A stretch of DNA of 64,000 nt from an uncultured Gemmatimonadales bacterium (GTDB lineage: Bacteria; Gemmatimonadota; Gemmatimonadetes; Longimicrobiales; RSA9): positions 608,001 to 672,000 of the forward strand of contig OY970192.1 in assembly GCA_963708135.1 (NCBI GenBank). The letters are read 5' to 3'. Below the pieces are notes generated by a model that was not told the origin of the DNA, did no database searches, and was given only the letters and a program-made list of their open reading frames with translations. A program made the position numbers and the translations under genes. Shown piece after piece: positions 28,217 to 37,235 of this stretch (position 1 is its first letter; the number at the start of each line of letters is the position of its first letter).

Positions 28217-29259
28217 ACGCGGTCGAGGCGCTGGTCGAGCAGGTGCGGCGCGAGTTCGCGCCCGAGCCGCGCATCGCCATCTTCGAGGTGCGCGTGGATG
28301 CGCGCGAGGATGGCGTGGCGCTCACCGGCGTCACCACGGAGCCGGCCGCCGCGCGCGCCCTGCTCGAACGCGTGGCCCGGCTCCAGGCCGGCCGCCTGCT
28401 CGACGAGATCGTGCGGCTCCCGGATCCCTCCCTCGGCGAGGCCTGCTGGGGCCTCGTGCGCGCGGCGATCGCCCCCGTTCACGTCGCGCCCAGCATCCGC
28501 GCGACCCAGACCTCGCAGTACGTGATGGGCGCCCGCGTCGAGCTCCTGGCCCGCAGCGGTCCCTGGCTGCGCGTCCGCGGCGAGGACGGCTACATCGGCT
28601 GGGTCAACCAGGGCTACCTCCGGACGGGGGCGCGCAATGCGATCGACGCCCTCCTGGCCGCCGACGGCGGCACGCCCGTGGTCTCTCTCGGCGCCCGCCT
28701 CGAGGATGCGGCCGGCCGTCCGCTCTCTCCCTTCCCCTGGGGCGCGCGGGCGATCCGGATGCCCGACGGCCGGCTTCGCCTGCCGGACGGCCGGCAGGCC
28801 CGCCTCGGCGACGGGCGCGTGGCGCCGGCCGCCTCGCTCCTGGAGCGGTTCCCCGCCCGCGGCCCGGCCATCGTCGAGAGCGCCCGACTCTGGCTGGGGG
28901 CGCCCTACGTCTGGGGCGGCGGCACCCACCTGGGCGTGGACTGCTCGGGCTTCGTCCAGGCCATCTACGCGCTCCACGGCGTGCGGCTGCCGCGCGACTC
29001 GGAGCTGCAGGCCCGCACCGGCGCGGAGGCGGAGACCGGCGAGATTTTCGCCGCCGTGCGCGCCGGCGACCTGCTCTTCTTCACCGAGGTGCCCGGCCAC
29101 ATCACCCATGTCGCCCTCTCGATGGGCGGCCCCCGCATCATCCACTCGTCGCTCTCCAACGGCGGTGTCGCCATGAACGACCTCGGCGGCGAGCACGGGC
29201 CGGAGCCCGCCCTCCGCGAGATGTTCGTGGTGGCCAGGAGGGTCCTGCGGGAGGACTGA
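28213..29259 (+). CDS. NlpC/P60 (C40) peptidase with SH3 domain
   Basis: DGYIGWV SH3-like segment; PYVWGG, GVDCSGF, LPRDS, HVA, IIHS. Confidence 0.88.
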   Translation: MNAVEALVEQVRREFAPEPRIAIFEVRVDAREDGVALTGVTTEPAAARALLERVARLQAGRLLDEIVRLPDPSLGEACWGLVRAAIAPVHVAPSIRATQTSQYVMGARVELLARSGPWLRVRGEDGYIGWVNQGYLRTGARNAIDALLAADGGTPVVSLGARLEDAAGRPLSPFPWGARAIRMPDGRLRLPDGRQARLGDGRVAPAASLLERFPARGPAIVESARLWLGAPYVWGGGTHLGVDCSGFVQAIYALHGVRLPRDSELQARTGAEAETGEIFAAVRAGDLLFFTEVPGHITHVALSMGGPRIIHSSLSNGGVAMNDLGGEHGPEPALREMFVVARRVLRED

Positions 29260-29271
29260 GGGGGCTGCGCC

Positions 29272-31434
29272 TCAGGGGATCCGGATCCGCTTCCCGGGCA
29301 GCAACCGCCGCGGGCTCAGGCCCGGATTCGCCTTCTCGAGCGCGCTCACGGTGGTGTGGAACCGGTCCGCGATCCCGCTCAGCGTATCGCCCTTCCGGAT
29401 GGTGTAGCGCCGGGCCCCGGCGCTCGGCGCCGCAGGCGACGGGGCCGCCGCGGTCCCGCTCGCGCTCGCCGCCTCCTCGCCCACGCCCGGGAGCTGCAGC
29501 ACCTTGCCCGGCAGCAGCCGTCTCGGATTCAGGCCCGGATTCGCCTTCTCGAGCGCATCCACCGTGGTGTGATTGGCGTCGGCGATGGAGGTCAGCGTCT
29601 CGCCCGCCTGCACGGTGTCCGTGCGGGGCTCGGCCGGGGCGGTCGCGTTGGGCGTCGGCGGGGCCGGCGCCGGTTGCGCGGTCGTGGATCCGGCCGGCGC
29701 CGGCGCCGCCACGCTCGTCGAGCCTCGCGGCGCCGCGGCGAGAGCGGGAGGAGCCTGCGCGCCGGGGAGCGGCGCCGGCGCCGGGGGGGCGGCCGCGGGC
29801 CCGCTGGGTGGCGAGGCAGGGAAGCGGTCGGCCAGCCGGCCGGCCGACGGCTGGTTCGCCACCTCTCCGGCGGGCCGGCTGAAGGAGGCCAGGCGCGCGC
29901 CGATCGCGTCCTCGATGCGCTTGGCCTTCCACGTGGACGGGTCGCCGTTGCTGATCATGCTGAACACTAGGTGCTCGCCGTCGGCCGCGGTGACGTAGCC
30001 GGAGAGGGCGGAAACGTGGTCGATGGTGCCCGTCTTGGCGTGCAGGTTCCCCCACGCGGGCGTGTGGTACATGCGCCGGAGATGGCGCTCGCCGGCGGCC
30101 GGCATGAAGGAATGCAAGCTGTCGTAGAGAGTGGGGTGCACCGCCACGAGGCTCAGCAGCCGCACGATCGTCCGGCTGTCGGTCCGGTTCAGGGGCGAGA
30201 GCCCGGAGCCGTCGTGCATCTGCAGGACGAACGGCTGCGCTCCGGTCTCGCAGTGCAGCATGTTCTCGATGGCCTGATAGCCGCTCTTCACGGAGCCGTC
30301 CCCCAGGGCCACGCGGCCCACCGTACGCAGCGTCTGCTCGGCGAACATGTTGTGGCTCAGCTTGATGAGCGTGCTCAGGATGTCGCCGAGCGGCGGCGAC
30401 TGGTGCACCGTCAGCACGTGCAGCGGCGGACCCTGGTGGAACGCCGGAGCGAACACCGCCCGTCCGGTGACCGGTGATTCCGCGGCCGTGTGGACCGCGC
30501 GGATCCCGCCCGTCACGGCGATGCCGTGCTCGGCCAGCACCTGCCGGAACACCGCGGCGGTGTAGCGCGCGGGATCCGCTGCCGGAACCACGCGCGTGAG
30601 CGGTCTCGCGCCCCGGCCGATCCGGCCGGCCACGATCACGGGCCCGCCGTAGCCGTCGCGGGCGATGCGCAGGCTGGTGCGGCCGCCCGCGACGGTCGTC
30701 GCCTGGTTCACGATGTCGGCGTCGGGACCGCCCGGCACCGCCTCGACCGTCGGTGGCTCGCCCACCGTGGCGGCCGGCGTGACCCGAACGCTCATGAGGT
30801 TCTCGTTTAGCGAGAGCGCGCTCGCCGGCACCGCGTACGACGCGTTGGCGTAGCTCGTCTCCCATCCCTCGCCGGTGGCCGGCCCCGAGAAGTAGGATGC
30901 ATCGCCCACGACCGCGCCCCGCACCTGCCGGATCCCGAGCGCCGCGAGACTGTCCGCGAACGCGTCCAGCACCGTCGTCTGGCTCGGGTAGTAGCGGCCC
31001 GACATCGTGGGATCACCCGTGCCGTAGAGCACGAGGTCCCCATCCAGCACGCCGTTCTGCACGGTGCCGCTCGAGAGGACGTAGGTCGTGTAGCGGTAAG
31101 AGGATCCGAGGTAGTAGAGCGCAGCGGATACCGTGAACAGCTTCATGTTGGAGGCCGGCGCAAGCGGCTGGTCCGACTGGTGCTCCACCAGCGTGTCCCC
31201 GCGCTCGAGCGAGTAGACGGTCACGCTCCATGTGTCGCCGTGCCATCCCGGACTCGCGATCAGCCGGTCGATGTCCGAACGCAGGTCGAGCGTGGCCGCG
31301 CCCGGGCCGACCGGGCGCGCTGCGCTCGCCACGGCTGCCGCGCGCGCCGGTGGCGGGACGGTGCGGCGCGCCGGAGCCGGCGTCGCGGCCAGGACCAGCC
31401 AGGCCAGGAGGATGCGCAGCGGATTCGAGATCAT
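29272..31434 (-). CDS. dacB: D-Ala-D-Ala carboxypeptidase/endopeptidase (PBP4, S13) fused to two LysM domains
   Basis: PASNMK (SxxK), SHN (SxN), DGSGLS, AKTGT; two C-terminal LysM repeats. Confidence 0.9.
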   Translation of the reverse strand: MISNPLRILLAWLVLAATPAPARRTVPPPARAAAVASAARPVGPGAATLDLRSDIDRLIASPGWHGDTWSVTVYSLERGDTLVEHQSDQPLAPASNMKLFTVSAALYYLGSSYRYTTYVLSSGTVQNGVLDGDLVLYGTGDPTMSGRYYPSQTTVLDAFADSLAALGIRQVRGAVVGDASYFSGPATGEGWETSYANASYAVPASALSLNENLMSVRVTPAATVGEPPTVEAVPGGPDADIVNQATTVAGGRTSLRIARDGYGGPVIVAGRIGRGARPLTRVVPAADPARYTAAVFRQVLAEHGIAVTGGIRAVHTAAESPVTGRAVFAPAFHQGPPLHVLTVHQSPPLGDILSTLIKLSHNMFAEQTLRTVGRVALGDGSVKSGYQAIENMLHCETGAQPFVLQMHDGSGLSPLNRTDSRTIVRLLSLVAVHPTLYDSLHSFMPAAGERHLRRMYHTPAWGNLHAKTGTIDHVSALSGYVTAADGEHLVFSMISNGDPSTWKAKRIEDAIGARLASFSRPAGEVANQPSAGRLADRFPASPPSGPAAAPPAPAPLPGAQAPPALAAAPRGSTSVAAPAPAGSTTAQPAPAPPTPNATAPAEPRTDTVQAGETLTSIADANHTTVDALEKANPGLNPRRLLPGKVLQLPGVGEEAASASGTAAAPSPAAPSAGARRYTIRKGDTLSGIADRFHTTVSALEKANPGLSPRRLLPGKRIRIP

Positions 31435-31609
31435 TGGCTTCGGTCGGGTCCCACGAGTCGATGGCCGGATCTGCAAGCTAACATCACGCCCGCCCCGAAG
31501 TGCAAGAGGAAGGCCATGATCCACCGTTGCGCGCGGCCGCCTTCCACGCCGCCGGATGCGCGTTGCGGCGCGCCTTTCGGCTATCACGCCCCGCCACCAT
31601 ATTCGCCCC

Positions 31610-31987
31610 ATGATCATCGGAGCCGGCACCGACCTGGTCGAGGTGGACCGATTCCGCCGCTTTCTCGAGCGGCGCGGCGCCCGCGCGCTCGAGCGCCTCT
31701 TCACTCCTGCCGAGCGCGCCTACTGCCTGCGTCAGGCGGTTCCCGCGTCCTCGCTGGCCGCCCGCTTCGCCGCCAAGGAGGCCTTCTTCAAGGCGCTCGG
31801 CACCGGCTGCGGCCAGGCCGGCCGCTGGCGCGAGGTCGAGGTCGCGCGCGGCCTCGCGGGGCGCCCCATGCTCCGCCTCCACGGCGCGGCCGAGCGGAGC
31901 GCGCGCGCGGCCGGCGCCCGCGCGCTCCACGTCTCGCTCAGCCACACCCGCGAGCATGCCACGGCGATGGTGGTCCTCGAGAGCTGA
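31610..31987 (+). CDS. acpS: holo-[acyl-carrier-protein] synthase
   Basis: GTDLVE, FTPAE, AARFAAKEAFFKALGTG, VSLSH. Confidence 0.95.
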   Translation: MIIGAGTDLVEVDRFRRFLERRGARALERLFTPAERAYCLRQAVPASSLAARFAAKEAFFKALGTGCGQAGRWREVEVARGLAGRPMLRLHGAAERSARAAGARALHVSLSHTREHATAMVVLES

Positions 31988-32005
31988 GCGCGCGCCGCAA
32001 CCCTC

Positions 32006-32034
32006 TTGCGTGCGGGCGGGGTGCGGTCCACTAT
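32006..32034 (+). promoter_or_regulatory. candidate sigma70 promoter for the ANTAR operon
   Basis: TTGCGT-17-CACTAT. Confidence 0.4.
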
Positions 32035-32085
32035 TGACGCGAGACGCTGCTGCGAAGGGGTCGTGCGGCAGGGGATCGAGGTCAC

Positions 32086-32126
32086 GGCGCGCCTCACCAG
32101 AGTTCGGTGAGCGCGCCCTTCTGTTT
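32086..32126 (+). terminator. intrinsic terminator in the region between acpS and the ANTAR regulator
   Basis: GGCGCGC(C)TCACC-agagttc-GGTGAGCGCGCC followed by CTTCTGTTT. Confidence 0.7.
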
Positions 32127-32208
32127 ATGGCTCATCTTTTGCCATCCGCATCACGGCCGGGCCCACCACCGACCCCCGTGGTTCCACCTGAAGGAAGGAG
32201 TCACTCGC

Positions 32209-32799
32209 ATGGCGGATTCGCTCCGCGTCCTCATTGCTGACGACGAAGCCCTCCACAATCTCGCCCTCAGCAGCCAGCTCGAGACCCTCGGGCACACCGT
32301 CGTCGCGACGGCCACCAACGGCCGCGAAGCCGTGCAGCTCGCTCGGGAGACCCGCCCCGACCTGGCGTTCCTCGACATCCGCATGCCGACTATGACCGGA
32401 CCCGAGGCTGCCCACGAGATCTCCGCGGAGCGGCCGATCCCGATCGTCATCCTGTCCGCCTACAGTGATGCCCGCACCGTCGAGGAGGCGACCCGCGCCC
32501 CCGTCTTCCACTATCTCGTCAAGCCCGTCGATCCGGACGATCTCGCGCCCGCGATCGCCGTCGCCCGCGCCCGCTTCGACGAGTGGCTCGACGCCCGGCG
32601 GCAGAAGGAGATGCTCGAGCTCAAGCTGGAGGAGCGGAAGATCATCGAGCGCGCCAAGGGGCTGCTCATGGAGTCGCGCGGCCTCTCCGAGCGCGAGGCG
32701 TACCGCTTCCTGCAGAAGACGTCGCAGGACAAGAACACGCCGATGGTGGACCTGGCCCGCAAGATCCTGCTGGCGGCCCCGCTGCTCCAGAAGGAATAG
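32209..32799 (+). CDS. ANTAR-domain response regulator (PdtaR/EutV/NasT-like)
   Basis: Receiver (IADDE, LDIRMP, YLVKP) plus ERKIIERAKGLLM...EAYRFLQKTS ANTAR motif; AGGAG RBS. Confidence 0.93.
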   Translation: MADSLRVLIADDEALHNLALSSQLETLGHTVVATATNGREAVQLARETRPDLAFLDIRMPTMTGPEAAHEISAERPIPIVILSAYSDARTVEEATRAPVFHYLVKPVDPDDLAPAIAVARARFDEWLDARRQKEMLELKLEERKIIERAKGLLMESRGLSEREAYRFLQKTSQDKNTPMVDLARKILLAAPLLQKE

Positions 32800-32801
32800 G
32801 C

Positions 32802-34028
32802 GTGACGCCTTCCGAAACGGCATCGCGGTCCACGCCCCCGGCCGGCGGACGCGCCGCCGGCCGGCAACGCGCGGGTGTCGAAGGGGAAGACAGGGCGGCG
32901 GGAATGGCCGAGGCGGCTGCCGCGCCGCGCGCGGAGACCCCGGCCCGGCCCGCCCGTATCCTGGTCGTCGATGACGAGCCGCTCGCGCGCCAGATGTTCG
33001 GCGATCTCCTCGAGGCCCATGGCTTCGAGGTGGTCGCCGTCGGCCGCGGCGAGGAGGTCTTCGCCTTCCTCGGCGAGGTCGATCTCATGCTGCTGGATGC
33101 CATGCTGCCCGGCCGCGACGGCTGGTCCATCTGCCGCGAGATCAAGAGCCGCCCCGACGTGCTCATCCCCGTCATCATGGTCACCGCGCGCACCGCCCCG
33201 GACGACGTGGTGCGTACCTTCTCCGCCGGCGCCGACGACTACATTGCGAAGCCCTTCCACGTGGCCGAGCTGACGGCCCGCATCGAATCCCGCCTGCGCG
33301 TCTACCGCGCCGAGCGCGCCATCCAGAACGCCAACCGGCAGCTCAAGGAGCTCGCGGAGCAGAACTACGAGCTCTACGAGCGCGCCCGGCACGATGCGGA
33401 GGAGCGCGCGAACCTGCTTCGCGAGCTCGATCACCGCGTACGCAACAATCTGTCGGTGATCATGGGGCTGCTGGGGATGGAGCGGAACCGCAAGCCGCCG
33501 CGCCATACCACCGAGGCCCTCGCCAGCCTGGAGGGCCGGATCCGCTCGTTCCTGCTCGTCTACGAGGCGCTGCGCCGGCAGAACTACCGCGGCGTGCCCG
33601 TCCGCGAGATCGCGGAGCGGCTGACGCAGCGGCTGCGCAACTCCATGGACCTGCAGCGCCGGATCGAGACCCGCATCGAGGGCGAGGGGATCCTGCTGGA
33701 TGAGCCGCAGGGTTTCGCGCTCGCGCTCGCGCTCTCGGAGCTGATCACGAACGTCTACCGCCACGCCTTCCCGGACGAGCGCGCCGGAACGTTGCGCATC
33801 GTGATGTCCGAGTCCGACGGTGACATGTCGCTGGAGGTCTGTGACGACGGCGTCGGCAGCGACTCGCTGCAAGGGCCGCACGTGCTCGGCAGCGGGCGCA
33901 GCATCGTCGAGGCGCTGGTGCAGAACGAGCTGGGCGGGCACGTCTCCTACGAGTCGGCGGACGGGGGGACCTGCGCTCGCCTCACGTTCCCGCGCGCCGA
34001 CGCGGGCGATCAGTACGTCGCGAGGTAG
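32802..34028 (+). CDS. receiver-domain + HisKA_2-type histidine kinase (alternative start ATG 32904)
   Basis: ILVVDDE/LDAMLP/IAKPF receiver; RELDHRVRNNL H-box; ELITNVYRHAF, DDGVG. Confidence 0.85.
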   Translation: MTPSETASRSTPPAGGRAAGRQRAGVEGEDRAAGMAEAAAAPRAETPARPARILVVDDEPLARQMFGDLLEAHGFEVVAVGRGEEVFAFLGEVDLMLLDAMLPGRDGWSICREIKSRPDVLIPVIMVTARTAPDDVVRTFSAGADDYIAKPFHVAELTARIESRLRVYRAERAIQNANRQLKELAEQNYELYERARHDAEERANLLRELDHRVRNNLSVIMGLLGMERNRKPPRHTTEALASLEGRIRSFLLVYEALRRQNYRGVPVREIAERLTQRLRNSMDLQRRIETRIEGEGILLDEPQGFALALALSELITNVYRHAFPDERAGTLRIVMSESDGDMSLEVCDDGVGSDSLQGPHVLGSGRSIVEALVQNELGGHVSYESADGGTCARLTFPRADAGDQYVAR

Positions 34029-35404
34029 CGCTCGATCTCCCAGTCGTGCACCTGCGCGATATAGTCCTGCCACTCCTGCTCCTTCGCGCTCAGCAGGTGG
34101 CGATAGACGTGCTCCCCGAGCACCTCGCGCATCCAGCGGCTGCGCCGTAGCTGCTGCGTCGCCTCGCCCAGGTCGCGGGGCAGCTCCTGGATCTTGTAGC
34201 GCCGACGGTCCCGCACCGAGAGCGTGAAGATGTTCTTGTCCACCGGCTCCGGCGGCTCGGTCTTGCCGCGGATCCCGTCCAGCCCCGCCCCCAGCTGCAC
34301 CGCCAGGGAAAGGTACGGGTTCGCCGCCGGGTCCGGCATCCGCAGCTCCAGCCGCGTTCCCTTGCCCCGCCGCTCCGGCACGCGCACCAGCGGTGAGCGG
34401 TTGTGGTGGCTCCACGCCACGTTGACCGGCGCCTCGTAGCCCGGGACCAGCCGCTTGAAGCTGTTCACGAGTGGGTTCGTCACCACGCAGAACTCCCGGG
34501 CGTGCGCCAGCAGCCCCCCGGCGTACCAGCGCATCACGCGCGAGATGGCATCCGGCGCCTTCGGGTCGTGGAACGCGTTCTCGCCGTCCCGGAAGAGCGA
34601 CTGGTGGGTGTGCATGCCGGAGCCGTTTATGCCGAAGATCGGCTTCGGCATGAACGTGGCGTGCAGCCCGTGCTGCAGGGCGATGTTGCGCACGACGAAC
34701 TTGAACGTGACCAGCTGATCCGCCGTCGCGAGCGCATCGGCGTACCGGAAGTCGATCTCGTGCTGCCCGGGAGCCACCTCGTGGTGGGCCGCCTCCACGT
34801 CGAAGCCCATGGCCGAGAGCACGTTCACGATGTCGCGCCGCGCCACCTCTCCCAGGTCCACGGGCGTCAGGTCGAAGTACGATCCCGAGTCGTGCGTCAC
34901 GCGAGTCGGCGTCCCGTCCTCCCCGCGCTGGAACAGGAAGAACTCCGCCTCCACCCCGGCCATCATCTCGTAGCCCAGCTTCGCCGCCGCCGCGATCTGC
35001 CGCTTCAGCACCTGGCGCGGGTCCCCCGGGAACGGATCGCCGCTCGGCAGGTGCACATCGCAGATCAGGCGCGCGACCCGGTTCTCCTCATCGCCCCACG
35101 GGTACACGGCGAATGTCGCCAGGTCCGGGACGAGGACCATGTCCGATTCCTCGATGCGCACGAAGCCCTCGATCGAGGAGCCGTCGAACATGATCTCACC
35201 GTCCAGCGCCTTCGCGAACTGGCCGCCCGGCACCTCGACGTTCTTGCTCGCGCCCATGATGTCCGTGAACTGCAGCCGCAGGAACCGGACGTTGTGCTCC
35301 TTCAGCGACGCCAGCACCTCCGCGCGCGTGCGTCCCGCCGGCCGCGCAGCCATCGACGGCCGCACCTGGTGCGCCGGCACCATCTGCTTCGGGGTTCTCG
35401 CCAT
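34010..35404 (-). CDS. glnA: glutamine synthetase type I
   Basis: FDGSSIEGF, HHEVAPGQHE, TFMPKP, GSGMHTHQS, KRLVPGYEAP, ELRMPD. Confidence 0.96.
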   Translation of the reverse strand: MARTPKQMVPAHQVRPSMAARPAGRTRAEVLASLKEHNVRFLRLQFTDIMGASKNVEVPGGQFAKALDGEIMFDGSSIEGFVRIEESDMVLVPDLATFAVYPWGDEENRVARLICDVHLPSGDPFPGDPRQVLKRQIAAAAKLGYEMMAGVEAEFFLFQRGEDGTPTRVTHDSGSYFDLTPVDLGEVARRDIVNVLSAMGFDVEAAHHEVAPGQHEIDFRYADALATADQLVTFKFVVRNIALQHGLHATFMPKPIFGINGSGMHTHQSLFRDGENAFHDPKAPDAISRVMRWYAGGLLAHAREFCVVTNPLVNSFKRLVPGYEAPVNVAWSHHNRSPLVRVPERRGKGTRLELRMPDPAANPYLSLAVQLGAGLDGIRGKTEPPEPVDKNIFTLSVRDRRRYKIQELPRDLGEATQQLRRSRWMREVLGEHVYRHLLSAKEQEWQDYIAQVHDWEIERYLATY

Positions 35405-35410
35405 GGCCAA

Positions 35411-35440
35411 AGGCTACGCGGGGCACCCCCGCTTCGGCAA
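35411..35440 (-). promoter_or_regulatory. candidate sigma70 promoter giving a leaderless glnA mRNA
   Basis: TTGCCG-18-TAGCCT, then 6 nt to ATG; no SD sequence. Confidence 0.45.
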
Positions 35441-35482
35441 CACCCGCCAGAGGACTCCGCGAGCGGCGTGAGCGTCGATGAC

Positions 35483-35548
35483 GGGTGAGGGTGGGGGTGA
35501 GGGTGAGGTTGAGGATTAGGGTGGGGATGAGGGTGGGGATGAGGGTGG
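35483..35548. repeat. degenerate hexanucleotide tandem repeat, 11 units of approximately GG(G/A)TG(A/G)
   Basis: GGGTGA GGGTGG GGGTGA GGGTGA GGTTGA GGATTA GGGTGG GGATGA GGGTGG GGATGA GGGTGG. Confidence 0.85.
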
Positions 35549-35588
35549 GCACGGGGCGGGCAGAGCGGCGGCAGAGCACCACCCGCGG

Positions 35589-36059
35589 TCAGTTCGTACG
35601 GCAGCTCCGGCACCTGCCCACGAGCTCGAGCCGGTAGCCCTCGACCGAGAAGCCGTCCACCGGGCCCAGTCGCTCCAGCGCCAGCGCGTCCAGCCGCCCG
35701 GGAACGTCCAGCACCGAGCCACAGTCGAGGCAGCGCGCGTGCGGGTGCGGGTCCGTCCTGCCGTCGTAGCGGGCCGAGCCGTCGCCGTACGTCAGCTTGG
35801 CCGCCAGCCCGCACCCCACCAGCGTCTCCAGCGACTTGTAGACCGTCGCCAGCGAGATGTCCGGGATCCCCGAGCGCACCGACGTGAACACGTCGTCCGC
35901 CGTCGGATGCGTCACCGTGCTCAGCAGGAACCGGTACACCGCCGCACGCTGCTCCGTGAAGCGCTGCCCGTTGGCCTCCAGCGCATCGCGCAGCACGGCG
36001 TCCGGGTTGCCGGCCGCCGCCAGGGCCACGCTCGCATTCTCGCTCACCGTCGCCATCAT
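35589..36059 (-). CDS. Fur-family (PerR-like) transcriptional regulator
   Basis: TEQRAAV, HPTADDV, SLATVYKSL, RYD...HPHARCLDCG, CRSC. Confidence 0.92.
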   Translation of the reverse strand: MMATVSENASVALAAAGNPDAVLRDALEANGQRFTEQRAAVYRFLLSTVTHPTADDVFTSVRSGIPDISLATVYKSLETLVGCGLAAKLTYGDGSARYDGRTDPHPHARCLDCGSVLDVPGRLDALALERLGPVDGFSVEGYRLELVGRCRSCRTN

Positions 36060-36096
36060 CTACCTCTCCGCATCGCCCGGGGACGGGCGAGCGCGT

Positions 36097-36138
36097 AACA
36101 TAGAAGCCGCTGCGAGCGGCTGTCAATAGCGATTATTG
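36097..36138 (-). promoter_or_regulatory. promoter of the Fur-family gene with an overlapping 7-1-7-like operator
   Basis: TTGACA (36126-36121)-18-TATGTT; palindrome CAATAGC-G-ATTATTG at 36124-36138. Confidence 0.6.
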
Positions 36139-36203
36139 GTATGGCACAGGGCTTATGCCGCTGGGAGCAAAGGAGTTAGGATCCGCTCTGCGACGGAGGA
36201 GCC

Positions 36204-36581
36204 ATGCCCCAAGCCACGCGCCCCGCCGTACTCGCCCTCGTGGCCGACCTGATTTTCGCGGCCCGCATCCAGGGCGCCGCCCGGGCGGCGGGCACGACCG
36301 TCGAGACGCTCCGCTCCGCCGCCGACCTGCTGGCGCGCGCGGCCGCGGCGCCGCCCCGGCTCATCCTGGTCGATCTCGACGTCCGGGCGTCATCGCCGGC
36401 GGGCGTAATCGCCCGGCTGAAGGAGGAGGCCGCGACGGCCGAGGTCCCCGTCGTCGCCTTCGTCTCGCACGTCCGAGAGGACGCGATCGCGGAAGCACGC
36501 GCCGCCGGAGCGGACCGCGTCATGGCCCGCTCCGCCTTCGTGCGGGAGCTGCCAGGATTGATGGAAGGGATCGGGGGATAG
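36204..36581 (+). CDS. single-domain CheY-like (atypical receiver) protein
   Basis: ILVDL, VPVVAFVSH, ARAAGADRVM pattern; GGAGG RBS. Confidence 0.75.
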   Translation: MPQATRPAVLALVADLIFAARIQGAARAAGTTVETLRSAADLLARAAAAPPRLILVDLDVRASSPAGVIARLKEEAATAEVPVVAFVSHVREDAIAEARAAGADRVMARSAFVRELPGLMEGIGG

Positions 36582-36642
36582 GCGTCCGGGCTCGCGAGGC
36601 GTGAGGCCCGCCTCGCCTGCGTCCAGTCCCTGGCCGATGCCG

Positions 36643-37035
36643 TCAGGCGGCGTCGGCCTCTTCCTTGAGCTTGCAGTCGATGCAGTAGCGCGCGTGGGGC
36701 AGGGCATCCAGCCGGTCGAAGTCGATCGGCTTGCCGCAGCTGTGGCAGAGTCCAAAGCCGGCCGGCTCCTTGTACAGGCGGCGCAGCGCGTCCTCGACCC
36801 GGTAGAGGTAGCGGCCCTCCTTGCTCGCGAAGAGCAGCTGCTTCTCCCGCTCCATGGCATCCGTGCCGAGGTCGGCCATGTGGTCGGAGTAGGAGTACAG
36901 GTCGGAGTCGGCCTGCTCGGCGGAGATCTTCGCGAGCTCGTCGAACTGCCCGAGCGAACGGAGCGCACGCTCGCGCTCGCGCAGCAGGCGCTTCTGGAGG
37001 TGCTCGATCTGCTTCTTGCTCAGCTTCTTGGCCAC
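36643..37035 (-). CDS. dksA: DksA/TraR C4-type zinc finger protein
   Basis: DHMADLGTD coiled-coil tip; CHSCGKPI..RLDALP.ARYCIDC. Confidence 0.85.
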   Translation of the reverse strand: MAKKLSKKQIEHLQKRLLRERERALRSLGQFDELAKISAEQADSDLYSYSDHMADLGTDAMEREKQLLFASKEGRYLYRVEDALRRLYKEPAGFGLCHSCGKPIDFDRLDALPHARYCIDCKLKEEADAA

Positions 37036-37235
37036 GGGGCTTCGCCTCCCTCGGCTGGAGCGCCTCTCGGATCGCCGGGACAGGGGGACCCGAACGGGGA
37101 CAGTCCGAAAATATAGCGGCCGACAGGCTTCGCTTCAACCCGTGACCACGGCGCCCGGCGCGGCATCGGTTGCTCGCGTTTTCGGCCTCGCGTATCATGG
37201 TCCGTACCACGTCACCCGCACGCCGGAGGAGGTTC

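Noticed and set aside
35483..35548. CRISPR array or poly(His-Pro) coding region
   Set aside because: 6-bp units with no spacers and no cas genes; ORFs through it overlap real genes and lack support.
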